A stretch of 52,822 bases of DNA from an uncultured Bacteroidales bacterium (GCA_903822525.1 CAIJPI010000210.1:1-52822); one strand, 5' to 3'; positions 19,122 to 29,519 are shown, numbered from the stretch's first letter. Numbers and translations: made by a program. The notes: generated by a model not told the origin, from the letters alone.

Positions 19122-20537
19122 CTATTTCGAGTACATATCGATGACTTCAGAGATCGCTCTGGTGCAGGCCGGACAAAAAGCCTGCCTGTTACGGGTAAAC
19201 ATAATGCAATCGAGAGCTGAGCGGTATATACCAAACTGAAAGTAGTTTCCCCCTTCAAAAGCACCAGCATCCTCTTTGTATTTGTTGCTGTCGAACATTT
19301 CGAGGGATATCTTTTTTTCGCGCTCAAATAAATTCTCCATTTCTGTTTCCGGAACATTAGCTGCCCTTAAAGCCCGTCTTTCTTTCTGAATGCCATAGCT
19401 GAAGTTATCGAATTCAGTTTTACCCCATGGAGTTGGTATAGGTGTTCCAGGTTTAACCAGGTCCTTCCATTTCAATCCGGCAGGATCCAGAAGCGCAGTA
19501 ACATTAGGTTCCCAGGGCTCCACTGTAATTGCAATAGACTGGTAAGCAACATCAGAAGTGTAGTATTCATCGGCCAGTGCTGCAAAGCTATGACCGAATT
19601 CGTGTACAAAAATATAGCGTGAAAATTTATTGTCGGCAGCAACTGTTGAATACAGGTTAAAAATTCCTCCACCCCCATAAGTCCGTTCATTGATAAGGAT
19701 AAACATATAATCGTAAGGAACTGAGGCTGCAACATCGCGAATGCTGCGGTTGTCGTACGAGAGGGCATAGCGTTCGGAATCGAATGCGCCATATGAAAGC
19801 GACAGCGGAGTACGGCTGAAAACGCCGGGATGCGGTTTATTTACGCCGCTGCCGGCAGAAGGTGTTTCGACTGCCCTTACATTAAAATCAGCTTTACGCG
19901 ATTTAAAAGGTTCAACTGTAAATAATTCATCTGTCAGGGCCGCTACATCCTTATGAAATTTAGGCATTTCAGCTGCGGTATAGCCATCGCCCAATATCAC
20001 AATGTCAACATGCTTGTCAGAATTCCCATTCACGATATAAGGGAATGTTTTATACGGGCTTGATAATACAGAAGGATTAACAATTCTTGATGTAGGATCA
20101 ATAACAGTGCTCCAGATTGCCACAAAATTATTTTTTGCATCGCGCTTTTCTATGGTCAGTTTAACCGGCAATTTAGGCCAGGGAAACCTCAGCGACTCAT
20201 GAAAAGTACCCCAGTCAGGATCACCGATACTCTGCCATTCGCCGAAAATACTGGCAAAGCCTCTGCTGTAAAGCAACGAATTTGTTAATGTGTCGGTGAT
20301 CTTAACAAAATACAATCCACGGTTTAATCTGTCAAGCAACACAGTTTTACTACCTGCCCATACACCATCGTTCAGAATGCGATCGAGAGAAAAATGTTCT
20401 TCGGTGGCAGTCCCGGTATGGAAATAATCCACACGCATGGTTTCGCCGGTGAAATACTTTGTGTAATCATCATTTTGCTGAGCACGCAACAGAAAGCTCA
20501 TTCCCAGCGCCAGAAACAGGATTGAAATTTTTTTCAT
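19122..20537 (-). CDS. Peptidase M64 family (IgA peptidase-like) secreted metalloprotease
   Basis: Signal peptide; DIVILGDGYT; YGGGG; HEFGHSFAALADEY; C-terminal CIM...FCPAC. Confidence 0.9.
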   Translation of the reverse strand: MKKISILFLALGMSFLLRAQQNDDYTKYFTGETMRVDYFHTGTATEEHFSLDRILNDGVWAGSKTVLLDRLNRGLYFVKITDTLTNSLLYSRGFASIFGEWQSIGDPDWGTFHESLRFPWPKLPVKLTIEKRDAKNNFVAIWSTVIDPTSRIVNPSVLSSPYKTFPYIVNGNSDKHVDIVILGDGYTAAEMPKFHKDVAALTDELFTVEPFKSRKADFNVRAVETPSAGSGVNKPHPGVFSRTPLSLSYGAFDSERYALSYDNRSIRDVAASVPYDYMFILINERTYGGGGIFNLYSTVAADNKFSRYIFVHEFGHSFAALADEYYTSDVAYQSIAITVEPWEPNVTALLDPAGLKWKDLVKPGTPIPTPWGKTEFDNFSYGIQKERRALRAANVPETEMENLFEREKKISLEMFDSNKYKEDAGAFEGGNYFQFGIYRSALDCIMFTRNRQAFCPACTRAISEVIDMYSK

Positions 20538-20601
20538 TTCAGTATGATTTTATGAATTGTACATTTACCCGATATTATTCAAAAGCATTCGATTAGTGCT
20601 T

Positions 20602-21162
20602 TTATTCTATTTCTATATTATATTTTTCCAATAGTCCGATTACGCCCAAACGGGAGAAACGGGCTTTTTTTATTCGGTTGAGTTCAGGGTCGAAAGTATA
20701 GTTGAAGGCTGAACAAAAATTCGCTTTCTCGAGGTTTGTATTGTAAAACACAGCCCGGTTCAGATCACACTCATCGAATAATGAGCCGGTAAGGTCAGCT
20801 TCCGTAAAATCGGTTTCCTGCAAATTGCAATGTATAAACTTTGTTTTTTTGAGCTTCAACCTGTAATAGACCGACAGTTTCAGGACGCAGTTTTCGAAAC
20901 TCATTGATAGCAGGAAACTGTTGCATTCGTGAAACTGCACCCCCAGCAATTTGCAGTTTACAAACCTGATGTCGTTCAGGGTAGTGTGCTTCAGGCTTGC
21001 CAGGCTGAAATCGCATCCGTCGAACGTACATTCTCTGAAGACGATATTGGATAAATCGGATTTATGGAAATTGCAGTTTTTAAAAGTACAGTTTTCGTAT
21101 TCATCCCTGCCAAGGAGATTTACCGTGTAATCAATCCGTTCAAAAGTTTTGTTGTCAGTCAA
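20602..21162 (-). CDS. Pentapeptide repeat protein
   Basis: Tandem C/A-x-F/L-x-x repeats (ENCTF KNCNF HKSDL...); GLLEKYNIEIE ending typical of the Bacteroidota family. Start uncertain (TTG 21162 or ATG 21204). Confidence 0.88.
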   Translation of the reverse strand: MTDNKTFERIDYTVNLLGRDEYENCTFKNCNFHKSDLSNIVFRECTFDGCDFSLASLKHTTLNDIRFVNCKLLGVQFHECNSFLLSMSFENCVLKLSVYYRLKLKKTKFIHCNLQETDFTEADLTGSLFDECDLNRAVFYNTNLEKANFCSAFNYTFDPELNRIKKARFSRLGVIGLLEKYNIEIE

Positions 21163-21316
21163 TTTGATGGTTTTTAAAATACAATCGGTTATAAAGTAAT
21201 GCAACCGTGTAAGGTTGTTGTCACAGATTTACAACGGGAATAATTAGTATTCAATTTCAGCTGCTATAAGATGAAAAATGAAAGGAGTTTGTAAAGGTAA
21301 AAGTTAAAGGAATAAA

Positions 21317-21371
21317 AAAAAGTCCTTTGAAATTTAAATGCAGTTGCATCTCAATTTTTCGAGGACTTTTT
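21317..21371 (-). terminator. Probable intrinsic terminator after the large T9SS gene
   Basis: AAAAAGTCCT...AGGACTTTTT inverted repeat with an interrupted inner stem. Confidence 0.55.
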
Positions 21372-21459
21372 CTCAGGAGTTCAGCTAGCCGGCATATTCA
21401 TGCAACAGAAAGCTTAGCTTTTTAAATACTGATACGTTTATCAGGTATCTAAAAAGGAA

Positions 21460-24400
21460 TTATTTTTTCATCAGCATCAACGATTGATGGTTTCTTTCGC
21501 CATAAAGGAGTGTATACATTCCGGCCGACAAATCGGAGATAGTAAGGCTTGTGCTTTCCAGTTTAAATGTACCCGAAAGTACAGGTCTTCCAAGTTTGTC
21601 AACAAGGGTATATGAAGTGCCCAGAAGACTTGCATTTACCTGAATCGTAACAAAATCGGCAGCAGGATTCGGATACACTTTTATACCATCAGCAGCATCC
21701 GGATTATTCAAACCCACTGTTAAAACGCTGATGCATAAGGAAGTATCCGCACAATTATTCTGAGTAACAATTACGGCATAAATTCCATTTATAGCAGGAG
21801 TAAAACTCTGGCTAACCGCACCGACGATGGTTGATTGAGTTGTGCAGTTCATCCATTGATAAGCATCTCCTGTTGCCGATGCAGTAAGTGTAACTCCAAT
21901 CTGGGTTACGCCAACATCAACTGTATTAATAGCAACAGTTACATCTAATCTCTGAACACTTTCGCAGGCTGATACTGTTTGTGAAGCATAATAATGTGCT
22001 CCGTTTGTCAATGCGGTTGTAGTGGTAAGTGGTGATCCTCCTGTTGGAGAAGCATACCACAAAATACCGGATCCTGTAGCTGATAAGCCGGCCACTGTAG
22101 CAGCAATGCAAAATTGCTGTGATGAAGATCCCGAGGGTGCCGGAGTTGATAAAACATTAACTGTAATTTCGAACCTGGTAAGACTCTCACATCCTGAAAC
22201 TGTTTGTGAAGCGTAGTAATGTGTTCCGTTTGTCAGCACGGTTGATGCAGGCAAAACAGAGCCTCCTGTAGGAGCACTATACCAGAGGATATCGGTTCCA
22301 ACAGCAGTTAAATCGCCAACGGTAGCACCATCACAATAATTCTGAAAAACAGCACCTGTAGGAGGTGATGGAGGCGTAGTGATGGTAACGGTTACATCAA
22401 GCCTGGCAGGACTTTCGCATCCTGTTGCCGTTTGCGAAGCATAGTAATGTGTTCCATTTACCAATGCGGTTGCAGGAGCTAAAGGTGTTCCACCCGTAGC
22501 AGTTGCATACCATTGAATACCGGTGCCAAAAGCAATAAGTTCCGCTACAGTACCCTGTGAACAGAAATTTTGAATTGGCGTTCCTGCAGGGGCTGCAATT
22601 TCAATTATAGTAACAGTTACATCCAACCTTAATGAACTCTCAATTCCCAGAATGGTCTGAGAAGCATAATAATGGTTGTTATTTATCAATAAGGTAGTCG
22701 GTGGTAAAGCCGTTCCACCATTTGGAGTAGGATACCATTTAATATCCAGGCCGGTTGCTGTCAAATTGGCAACCGTTGCTCCATAGCAAAAGGTCTGCGA
22801 TGCTGCGCCTGTTGGTGCAGGTGTTGTGGATGCACTCTGACCTGAGAGGGTAACCAGCAGTGAATCCGACATGGTAATATCCTGCACCGAAGTAGCTTTT
22901 GCCCAAACTGTGCCATCAACCTGTGCCGATAATAAACCAGTGGAATTGATGCTGGCACTTCCCGTACCGGCTATAACACTCCAGGTAACATTCTGACTGG
23001 CGGTGGATGGATACACAGTGGAAACCATCTGCAAGGAACCCTGATTCACTGTTATGATAGCAGGTACACTTCCAAGAGTAGCAACATCAATACCTACAAG
23101 TCCGCCTACTGAAACACCTTGTCCGTAGCCCATATATGCGCCTGTCCTGTTTTCGGTCCAGACTCCCGCACATTTATTGGGTCCGTTAGCAGCAAAACCG
23201 AAACGCATTTTAGAAACGCCCGGGCCTGTTGTTGTCGAGCTGATCTCGACGCTGTTTCCCGGCCATACAAAACCGCCGTTGGCATCGAGGCGGGTAGCTT
23301 TTATTTTGTCGACGGCGTTGTGAGTCATAAACATAGGTGTATCATTAACCAATGCAATGGCTCCATCCTCTGTATCCTTGTTTGTTGAAACGGCATACAC
23401 TGCTTTAGCCTGATCTGTAAATTGCCTGGCACCTGTGGTTTTCAGATATTTCTGAACATAAACGCCATAAATAACCTGGTTGGGATCACTGAATGTACAT
23501 ATTGCCCATACATAAGCCGATCCGGGTGTAAGATTTATATTGGTAGTTCCCTGGTAATAATCGCTGGATCCGACACTTGTATTAAAATTAGTTCCATTCA
23601 TGCCATATGGGATGGTTCCATCGGCATTTATGCGCTGCAGAAATGAATTGAAGCGGAATCCTACACTGGCGTAATATCCGAAATAGGTTACATCACCCTC
23701 AGCAACAATGGAATAATACCTTGCTCCGCTGGAAGTCTGATTGCATATCTGAACAGGAGCATATTGTGCAGTACCTGCATTATTAAAACGCTGTGCGTAG
23801 AGGGTTGTGGAAATACCTACACCCCTTTTTTGAAATACCATTGTGAAAGACCCGTTGGTATTGGCAACCAACTGTCCACGGGTAGTAAGACTGGCTCCAA
23901 CCGTAACAGCAACAGGGGTCGTCCAGGCAGCAGTACCAGTGGTAGTTATTTTCTGAATATTTAATGTATTGCTGGGATCTGCACTCCACACTACTGCAAC
24001 TTCTCCATTCGACAAAGCTGTAGGATAAGGAGCCAGCCCGTTACCGATTACAATACCGTCAGCTCCCCACATTTGGGTTCCGGCCTGAGATATTTTATAA
24101 ACCACCGTGGCATAGGAGGAACTGCTGATCCGCATATCCTGGAAGGCAATGATAAGGTTATTGGACTGATCGATACAAACATTAAATACAAAAGTAGCTG
24201 AGCCTGAAACATGGTTGCTGACCAGCATCCCATCGGGTCCAAGCAGTTTGTACCCATCAGCATCAAAAAGCTGGGCGCGCATATCATAATTCCCGGAATT
24301 TTCGTGGTAAAATGCTACCCATGTTTTCCCGTCAGTTGTCGCAACCGACTGCATATCTGCCACTGGAAAGCCTGAAATTTCTTCATTAACAGAGGTATTG

Positions 24401-24564
24401 GTGTTCCATTGCGCCTTCAGTACTACAGGTGAAAAAATAACCATACATAATAATGCCATCAGCCTGATACCATTGATGAGGCTGGTTTGAACCGATTTAT
24501 TCTTACTGAAATTCACAAATGGATTTGTTTCAGAAACCTGTTCAGGGTAAATGTTTGTTTTCAT
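21460..24564 (-). CDS. Large T9SS type A sorting-domain surface protein with four tandem Ig-like repeats
   Basis: Signal peptide ending LKAQW; beta-rich N-terminal domain; Big_2-like segment; four units of APxG..xQxFC..ATVxxLxAxGxxIxWY...HYYASQT...ES..RLxVTV; C-terminal IKVYPNPA...LSAGMY. Confidence 0.9.
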   Translation of the reverse strand: MKTNIYPEQVSETNPFVNFSKNKSVQTSLINGIRLMALLCMVIFSPVVLKAQWNTNTSVNEEISGFPVADMQSVATTDGKTWVAFYHENSGNYDMRAQLFDADGYKLLGPDGMLVSNHVSGSATFVFNVCIDQSNNLIIAFQDMRISSSSYATVVYKISQAGTQMWGADGIVIGNGLAPYPTALSNGEVAVVWSADPSNTLNIQKITTTGTAAWTTPVAVTVGASLTTRGQLVANTNGSFTMVFQKRGVGISTTLYAQRFNNAGTAQYAPVQICNQTSSGARYYSIVAEGDVTYFGYYASVGFRFNSFLQRINADGTIPYGMNGTNFNTSVGSSDYYQGTTNINLTPGSAYVWAICTFSDPNQVIYGVYVQKYLKTTGARQFTDQAKAVYAVSTNKDTEDGAIALVNDTPMFMTHNAVDKIKATRLDANGGFVWPGNSVEISSTTTGPGVSKMRFGFAANGPNKCAGVWTENRTGAYMGYGQGVSVGGLVGIDVATLGSVPAIITVNQGSLQMVSTVYPSTASQNVTWSVIAGTGSASINSTGLLSAQVDGTVWAKATSVQDITMSDSLLVTLSGQSASTTPAPTGAASQTFCYGATVANLTATGLDIKWYPTPNGGTALPPTTLLINNNHYYASQTILGIESSLRLDVTVTIIEIAAPAGTPIQNFCSQGTVAELIAFGTGIQWYATATGGTPLAPATALVNGTHYYASQTATGCESPARLDVTVTITTPPSPPTGAVFQNYCDGATVGDLTAVGTDILWYSAPTGGSVLPASTVLTNGTHYYASQTVSGCESLTRFEITVNVLSTPAPSGSSSQQFCIAATVAGLSATGSGILWYASPTGGSPLTTTTALTNGAHYYASQTVSACESVQRLDVTVAINTVDVGVTQIGVTLTASATGDAYQWMNCTTQSTIVGAVSQSFTPAINGIYAVIVTQNNCADTSLCISVLTVGLNNPDAADGIKVYPNPAADFVTIQVNASLLGTSYTLVDKLGRPVLSGTFKLESTSLTISDLSAGMYTLLYGERNHQSLMLMKK

Positions 24565-24831
24565 TTAATCGGGTATTAAGATTGGTTGTTTAAATTAATT
24601 GAATGAAATAAATGTTTTTTTATGTGAAATCCGAATGTTGAACGTATGTCAAAAGGAATTGACATGAAAAAACGAAATCCTGCTGTTCACCAAAGAAAAA
24701 GATCGAATTGCACAAAATTTAAACTGGAATTATTCAGTCAGGGATAGCAAAACTACAAAATATAATGTTTCAATTTCAATTTGCCAATGAGCAAACAAAA
24801 GGAAAGATAAAATTCAGCCTTATACCAATAA

Positions 24832-25812
24832 TCATTCAAGGCGCAGGTCCAAGGTGAAAAGCTTTGCCGGGAGTGACAGCCAGCCGGCCTTAATTCGTTC
24901 GGATGAGAGCCATACCGTATTATCATTATTCAGAACCATACCCTCTGTTTGTCCTGTATAGAGCGCGGAACCTAATCTAACTCTTCTCTTGTTCCCGCTA
25001 AAGTAGAAACAACCCTTGTAGCTCGAAAATTCCCAAATGAAGCATGTATAAAATTTACCCCATGTATTTTTATACCCTAAGAGTGCCATATTACCTTTTT
25101 CATTGATGGCAGCATCCGTAATAAGCCCGCCTGCCTCGAAACTTTCGACAAGCTTTGCCACATATGTGCCTGTATCAGAAGGTAATATATAATGCTTTGT
25201 TTGCTGATCCGACCAGTCCTTGGTAAATAAGTGAATTGAATCGTTCTGAATGAAAAATGCCTCACAGTCGAAAACGGTTTTACAAAAATCAGCCACAAAC
25301 GATGTTTGATCCGGGTAACTGAAATAAATATATGTTGAATTTACAGTGTCGGCTTCCGGACTAAAAAGTTCGGCTTTTGGAATCTTTAGAATTCTGAGGT
25401 CTGACCTATTCCCTGAATTGTTACCAAAATCACCTATATAAACGTCCGAATCATCCTGTGTAAGGCTTTCCCAATCCGTATTTATAGCATTCCTTATCAC
25501 AATAGTGTGCAAAATATTGCCAGTTGTTGTGTCGATCCGGTAGATGGCAGCGGGATTTCCGCCATCGTTTATAGTCCACAACTGACCCTTTTGCATTAAC
25601 AGTCCGGATGTTTCATTCATAACTGTCGGCAGGACGGCAATCAAATGTGGCCTGCGATGGATTGAAGGTAAAATTCCAGTATCCTGACCTTTCAGAATTG
25701 ACAATCCGGGATCGCCGTTCTTATTTTTATTGATTTCACTATTTTGCGAATAGCCGAAGCCCGGGTATGAAAGCAGGAAAATGAATGATAGGATACGTAA
25801 ATAATAAAGCAT
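24832..25812 (-). CDS. Secreted hypothetical protein, probable beta-propeller
   Basis: Signal peptide; ETSGL, WTINDGGN, DWES, YIGDFGNN, DCEA and QTEG acidic motifs. Confidence 0.65.
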   Translation of the reverse strand: MLYYLRILSFIFLLSYPGFGYSQNSEINKNKNGDPGLSILKGQDTGILPSIHRRPHLIAVLPTVMNETSGLLMQKGQLWTINDGGNPAAIYRIDTTTGNILHTIVIRNAINTDWESLTQDDSDVYIGDFGNNSGNRSDLRILKIPKAELFSPEADTVNSTYIYFSYPDQTSFVADFCKTVFDCEAFFIQNDSIHLFTKDWSDQQTKHYILPSDTGTYVAKLVESFEAGGLITDAAINEKGNMALLGYKNTWGKFYTCFIWEFSSYKGCFYFSGNKRRVRLGSALYTGQTEGMVLNNDNTVWLSSERIKAGWLSLPAKLFTLDLRLE

Positions 25813-25981
25813 ATGTTGGCATTAGCAGCTTAAAACAAGGGAAACAAAGTTCTGAATAATTCCTTCAATTATGGAGGAGGACATCGAAATATAAGAGTTT
25901 AGCTGACTGAATTTTATCTGATTTTAATCATTCCGATCGTCGAATCAAAAAAAAAGCTGTAATACTACCCTTCCTTAATTT

Positions 25982-27811
25982 TTACCTGAATTCGAGTACG
26001 GCAGGTTTACCGATTACGAAATCAGGAAATCCGAAATCAGTCGAACGGAAAGGATTTGCCTTGAAAACATTGTTTCCGTCGCCCGGAATAGAAGGATAGA
26101 AGGCAAAGGACAACTGAAAGTGTTTAATGACCAGGTAATCGTTACGGATCAGTACGCCCATTCCTAATTGCGGATACATCCGGCTGTTCCTGAATCCGGA
26201 ATCCTGGTTACCCAGCATACCGAACGACAGATTCATATATGGTCCAAATCGGAAACCAAGCAAATTCCATGGTGCATACCCCTGGGTTTGAATAACCAAC
26301 AGTAAACGGCGTGTACCTGATAAAACACCACTGTTAAATCCGTTCAGGCCGTAGCCGTCGTTTAGCGTAAGGCGGTCATAAGCGGGCCTGTTCATGCCGA
26401 TTGTGAGTTCAGGCCGGGCAAATTGTCTGAATTTCCAGTTTCCGATAGTAATCAAACCCGAAAAGTAATTCAGTTTAGCTGAAAACATCCCTTCGGCAGT
26501 GTGTGATGCGTTAATAAATGTGCCGTATTCGAACTGGGTCCCAAAATACCCCAACCTGAAGAAATTTCCCCACGAATGCTGCACGCCCCAATACCAGCGC
26601 CCGCTATTTTTCATCTGGTAACCGCCTACTATTCCATAAGTTATACCAACTGGCACATCCTCGGGAGTTCCAAAGCGGAAGATGTAATATTGCTTCAGGT
26701 ATTTCCGCGACGAAATGCCCAGTCCCGACATAATGAACCTCTCATTGGTATAATATTCGAGCATGCCTGGCTGTTCCATCGGTTTTTCAAGATACTTTAA
26801 AGTGTAAATCCGTCCCGACAGAATGAGCTTGGTAGTCCGGTCAAATTCCGACCTTCCTTTAAAAACCTGCCAGGCTGTTGCACCCCAGTAATCCTGAATA
26901 TTATATTTTGATGTCAGAAACAATCGGGTTGTATCGTTTTTGTAAATCCAGCCGGGTTGTTTTTCCTGAGAAATGTAAATCCCGCCTGCCCATTGAGTTA
27001 GTGGTGAGAAAAAAGGTCTTTCGATGTTCAGACTTTTACGAAAGTTCCTGTTTTCATCCATAGCATACCCCAGACGGGAGCTGATATAGGAATTTTCAAT
27101 ATTCGGGATAAAATAAAATGTGGAATACGCATGATCACCATTCAAATAATTCTGAGTGTATGAGTCAGAGAACGTATGCCCGAGGCCGCCGAGGTTTTTC
27201 TCTGTTACTATGAATGTAATTTTTTCATTTGAAAGTGATCCGTCAGGGATAATGGTCCATAAATCGCTTACGCGCAGAGATACATCGACCGAATCGGCAT
27301 TGTCACCTGCCTGAACTGCTGTAACAGCAACATCGCGTATATAGCTCTGGCTCCTGATCAACCTCTCCGATTCCTTAACCAGTAATGAGTCGAAACGATC
27401 ATTTTCATGGATCAGCATCTGGTTACGAATGGCAAAATGCTGAGTTTTTACATGCAGGTAATTTCCACTCTTTTCAATAAAGCTATGTGGGCCAGAGGTG
27501 GTATCATAAACGGAGAATCCGAAAGGATCGAGTGTGATAATATGAATGTTCCTGATTATTTTTCCTTCATAGCTTACAAATGGTTCGGGAACCTTATCCC
27601 CTGAAAACACATCAGCAGGAGCTGATTGAACAGCAACAGGCTTCAGGATCAGATTGTAGACCATGTTTGTAAATTTTCGCCGGGATGAATAGTCTTCAAT
27701 TTTTTTATACACCGATGAATCTTTCGTACTGTCTGGTTTTGACTGAGCAACAACCCGCACTCCGGCGAAGAAAATAAATATATAAAAAAGAATAAAATTA
27801 CGGATTAACAT
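25982..27811 (-). CDS. Omp85/BamA-TamA-like outer membrane protein (POTRA-like region plus beta-barrel)
   Basis: Signal peptide; ESERLIRSQSYIRDV POTRA-like motif; EKNLGGLGH; amphipathic aromatic beta-strands; LGMGVLIRND. Confidence 0.65.
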   Translation of the reverse strand: MLIRNFILFYIFIFFAGVRVVAQSKPDSTKDSSVYKKIEDYSSRRKFTNMVYNLILKPVAVQSAPADVFSGDKVPEPFVSYEGKIIRNIHIITLDPFGFSVYDTTSGPHSFIEKSGNYLHVKTQHFAIRNQMLIHENDRFDSLLVKESERLIRSQSYIRDVAVTAVQAGDNADSVDVSLRVSDLWTIIPDGSLSNEKITFIVTEKNLGGLGHTFSDSYTQNYLNGDHAYSTFYFIPNIENSYISSRLGYAMDENRNFRKSLNIERPFFSPLTQWAGGIYISQEKQPGWIYKNDTTRLFLTSKYNIQDYWGATAWQVFKGRSEFDRTTKLILSGRIYTLKYLEKPMEQPGMLEYYTNERFIMSGLGISSRKYLKQYYIFRFGTPEDVPVGITYGIVGGYQMKNSGRWYWGVQHSWGNFFRLGYFGTQFEYGTFINASHTAEGMFSAKLNYFSGLITIGNWKFRQFARPELTIGMNRPAYDRLTLNDGYGLNGFNSGVLSGTRRLLLVIQTQGYAPWNLLGFRFGPYMNLSFGMLGNQDSGFRNSRMYPQLGMGVLIRNDYLVIKHFQLSFAFYPSIPGDGNNVFKANPFRSTDFGFPDFVIGKPAVLEFR

Positions 27812-28034
27812 CAGTCACAAATTGATAGTCAGAGTAGGGTTGCGGGATTTTAAACGGAAGGTATTTCCCGGTTTCACAAAAATAATCAATTTTAATGCAG
27901 TTTTCTGCAAAAGAACCGGGCTTTACAGAATAAAACAGGATTTGAACACCGGTCCGACTTATGTTTCTACCACAGTTTAAAGGTGAATCCGGATGAATTG
28001 CATACTTTTGGGAAAAAATCAACAAATTATTCAG

Positions 28035-29177
28035 GTGGAACAAAAAAATACTGAAAGGGTTTATTTCCCTCAATTTGATGTAATACGGTTTTTTGCTGCT
28101 TTCATGATTGTGATCTATCACTCCTATATCGCCTGGAGTGGTTGGTTCGGGGTCCCGGGATTGCTTTCGACAGGTGATTTCAAAACCCTCTCAGCTTTCG
28201 GAAGCCATATCGACAGGTTTATAAAAAACATGCCCCTTGGAGTTGACATTTTCTTTTTTATAAGCGGGTACCTGCTAACTATTCTGCTGGTAATGGAGAA
28301 ACAGAAGTTCGGGAAAGTCAATATTCCGAAATTCTATATCAGGCGCGGTTTGCGCATATGGCCCCTGTATTTTTTTCTGATTGCTTTAGCACCTTTTATT
28401 ATCAGCTGGCTGGGAGAAAAACAGCCTGAATACTGGCGTACTATATTGCTGGTGAATAACTTTCAGACTATGGCCACCCAAACCTGGGAGTACCCTTTTG
28501 CACACTTCTGGTCAATATGTATTGAAGAGCATTTTTATATCATCTGGCCACTTATCATTGCTTTTGTGCCATTCCGTAAATTGCTGCCCACCATTATTGC
28601 ACTTATAGGACTAAGCTGGGGCTACAAGATGTATACGTATATCTTTCTTCCTGCCAACTGGTTTGAATTATACCTCCATACCCTGAGCCGCATGGATGTT
28701 ATACTTATGGGCGGGCTGCTCGCAGTTTTGTATATCCGGAAACCTTTCGAATTCCGGCTGAACGGGTATATTATCGCCGGCATCATGGCTTTCCTCATAA
28801 TAGTGCTGTCGTTTGATGATGCCTCGGATTTTTCGAATATGTTCAACGGTGTACTCAGAAGGCCGGTATATATTGCCCTGCTGGCTCTCCCTATGATGGA
28901 TCTGTTGTTTAACCCTTCGCGTGCCGGAATATTCGGCAAACGCAACCCCCTGCTTTACCTGGGAAAAATCTCATATGGCATTTATATGTATGGAAATATC
29001 CTGGTTCCTATTGTGATTAAAAAGGTGATGCTGACCTACAGCATTTATAATATGTATTTTTATTTTGCGCTGGTTTTTGTCCTTTCGCTTATTATCCCCA
29101 TTATCAGTTACGAGCTACTCGAAAAGCCATTCCTGAAACTGAAACAAAGGTTCGCGCTGGTTAAGACCAGAATCTAA
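28035..29177 (+). CDS. Acyltransferase family 3 (OafA-like) membrane O-acyltransferase
   Basis: FDVIRFFAA; GVDIFFFISGYL; FYIRRGLRIWPLY; HFWSICIEEHFY; LGKISYGIY; SYELLEKP. GTG 28035 preferred because a TACTTTTG box lies at 28003-28010. Confidence 0.92.
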   Translation: MEQKNTERVYFPQFDVIRFFAAFMIVIYHSYIAWSGWFGVPGLLSTGDFKTLSAFGSHIDRFIKNMPLGVDIFFFISGYLLTILLVMEKQKFGKVNIPKFYIRRGLRIWPLYFFLIALAPFIISWLGEKQPEYWRTILLVNNFQTMATQTWEYPFAHFWSICIEEHFYIIWPLIIAFVPFRKLLPTIIALIGLSWGYKMYTYIFLPANWFELYLHTLSRMDVILMGGLLAVLYIRKPFEFRLNGYIIAGIMAFLIIVLSFDDASDFSNMFNGVLRRPVYIALLALPMMDLLFNPSRAGIFGKRNPLLYLGKISYGIYMYGNILVPIVIKKVMLTYSIYNMYFYFALVFVLSLIIPIISYELLEKPFLKLKQRFALVKTRI

Positions 29178-29230
29178 AAAAGCAATCCTACATCCAGGGT
29201 GCTTAGGCAAAATCATTCCTGAAAAATTGC

Positions 29231-29262
29231 AAAAGGCTGTTCATCCCTGAACAGCCTTTTTT
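29231..29262 (+). terminator. Intrinsic terminator
   Basis: AAAAGGCTGTTCA-tccc-TGAACAGCCTTTTTT. Confidence 0.88.
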
Positions 29263-29290
29263 AATACGTTTATGAAGACCTTTAAATTCA

Positions 29291-29519
29291 GAAACTGTCT
29301 AAATTTTAAAATTGAAGTGATTTATCAAGTTATTTGCTCAATCTACTGTCAGGCTGAGAAGCCTGCCCTGAGCCTGCCAAAGGGGAGTCGAAGCCCCCTA
29401 AATCATCTCAATATTTTCGTTTTAGCGTTGAGCGAGTGCATTTCGACTTCGCTCAATGCGACAGGAATACAGGGTTTTAATGCTTGAAAGTAGTTTTTAT
29501 CAATTTTAGACAGTTACTC
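29291..29519. mobile_element. Non-autonomous MITE-like element with terminal inverted repeats and internal REP-like palindromes
   Basis: Left end GAAACTGTCTAAATTT (29291-29306) and right end AATTTTAGACAGTTACTC (29502-29519) share an inverted AACTGTCTAAA core. Internal inverted pair CTGTCAGGCTGAG...GAGTCGAAG and TTCGACTTCGCTCAATGCGACAG. No transposase. Confidence 0.6.

Noticed and set aside
20602-21204. Qnr quinolone-resistance gene
   Set aside because: Generic chromosomal pentapeptide-repeat protein; I cannot identify Qnr-specific loops by eye and there is no mobile context.
29272-29487. 71-aa ORF containing PALSLPKG
   Set aside because: It lies almost entirely within the MITE-like element; the peptide is the translated palindromic unit.
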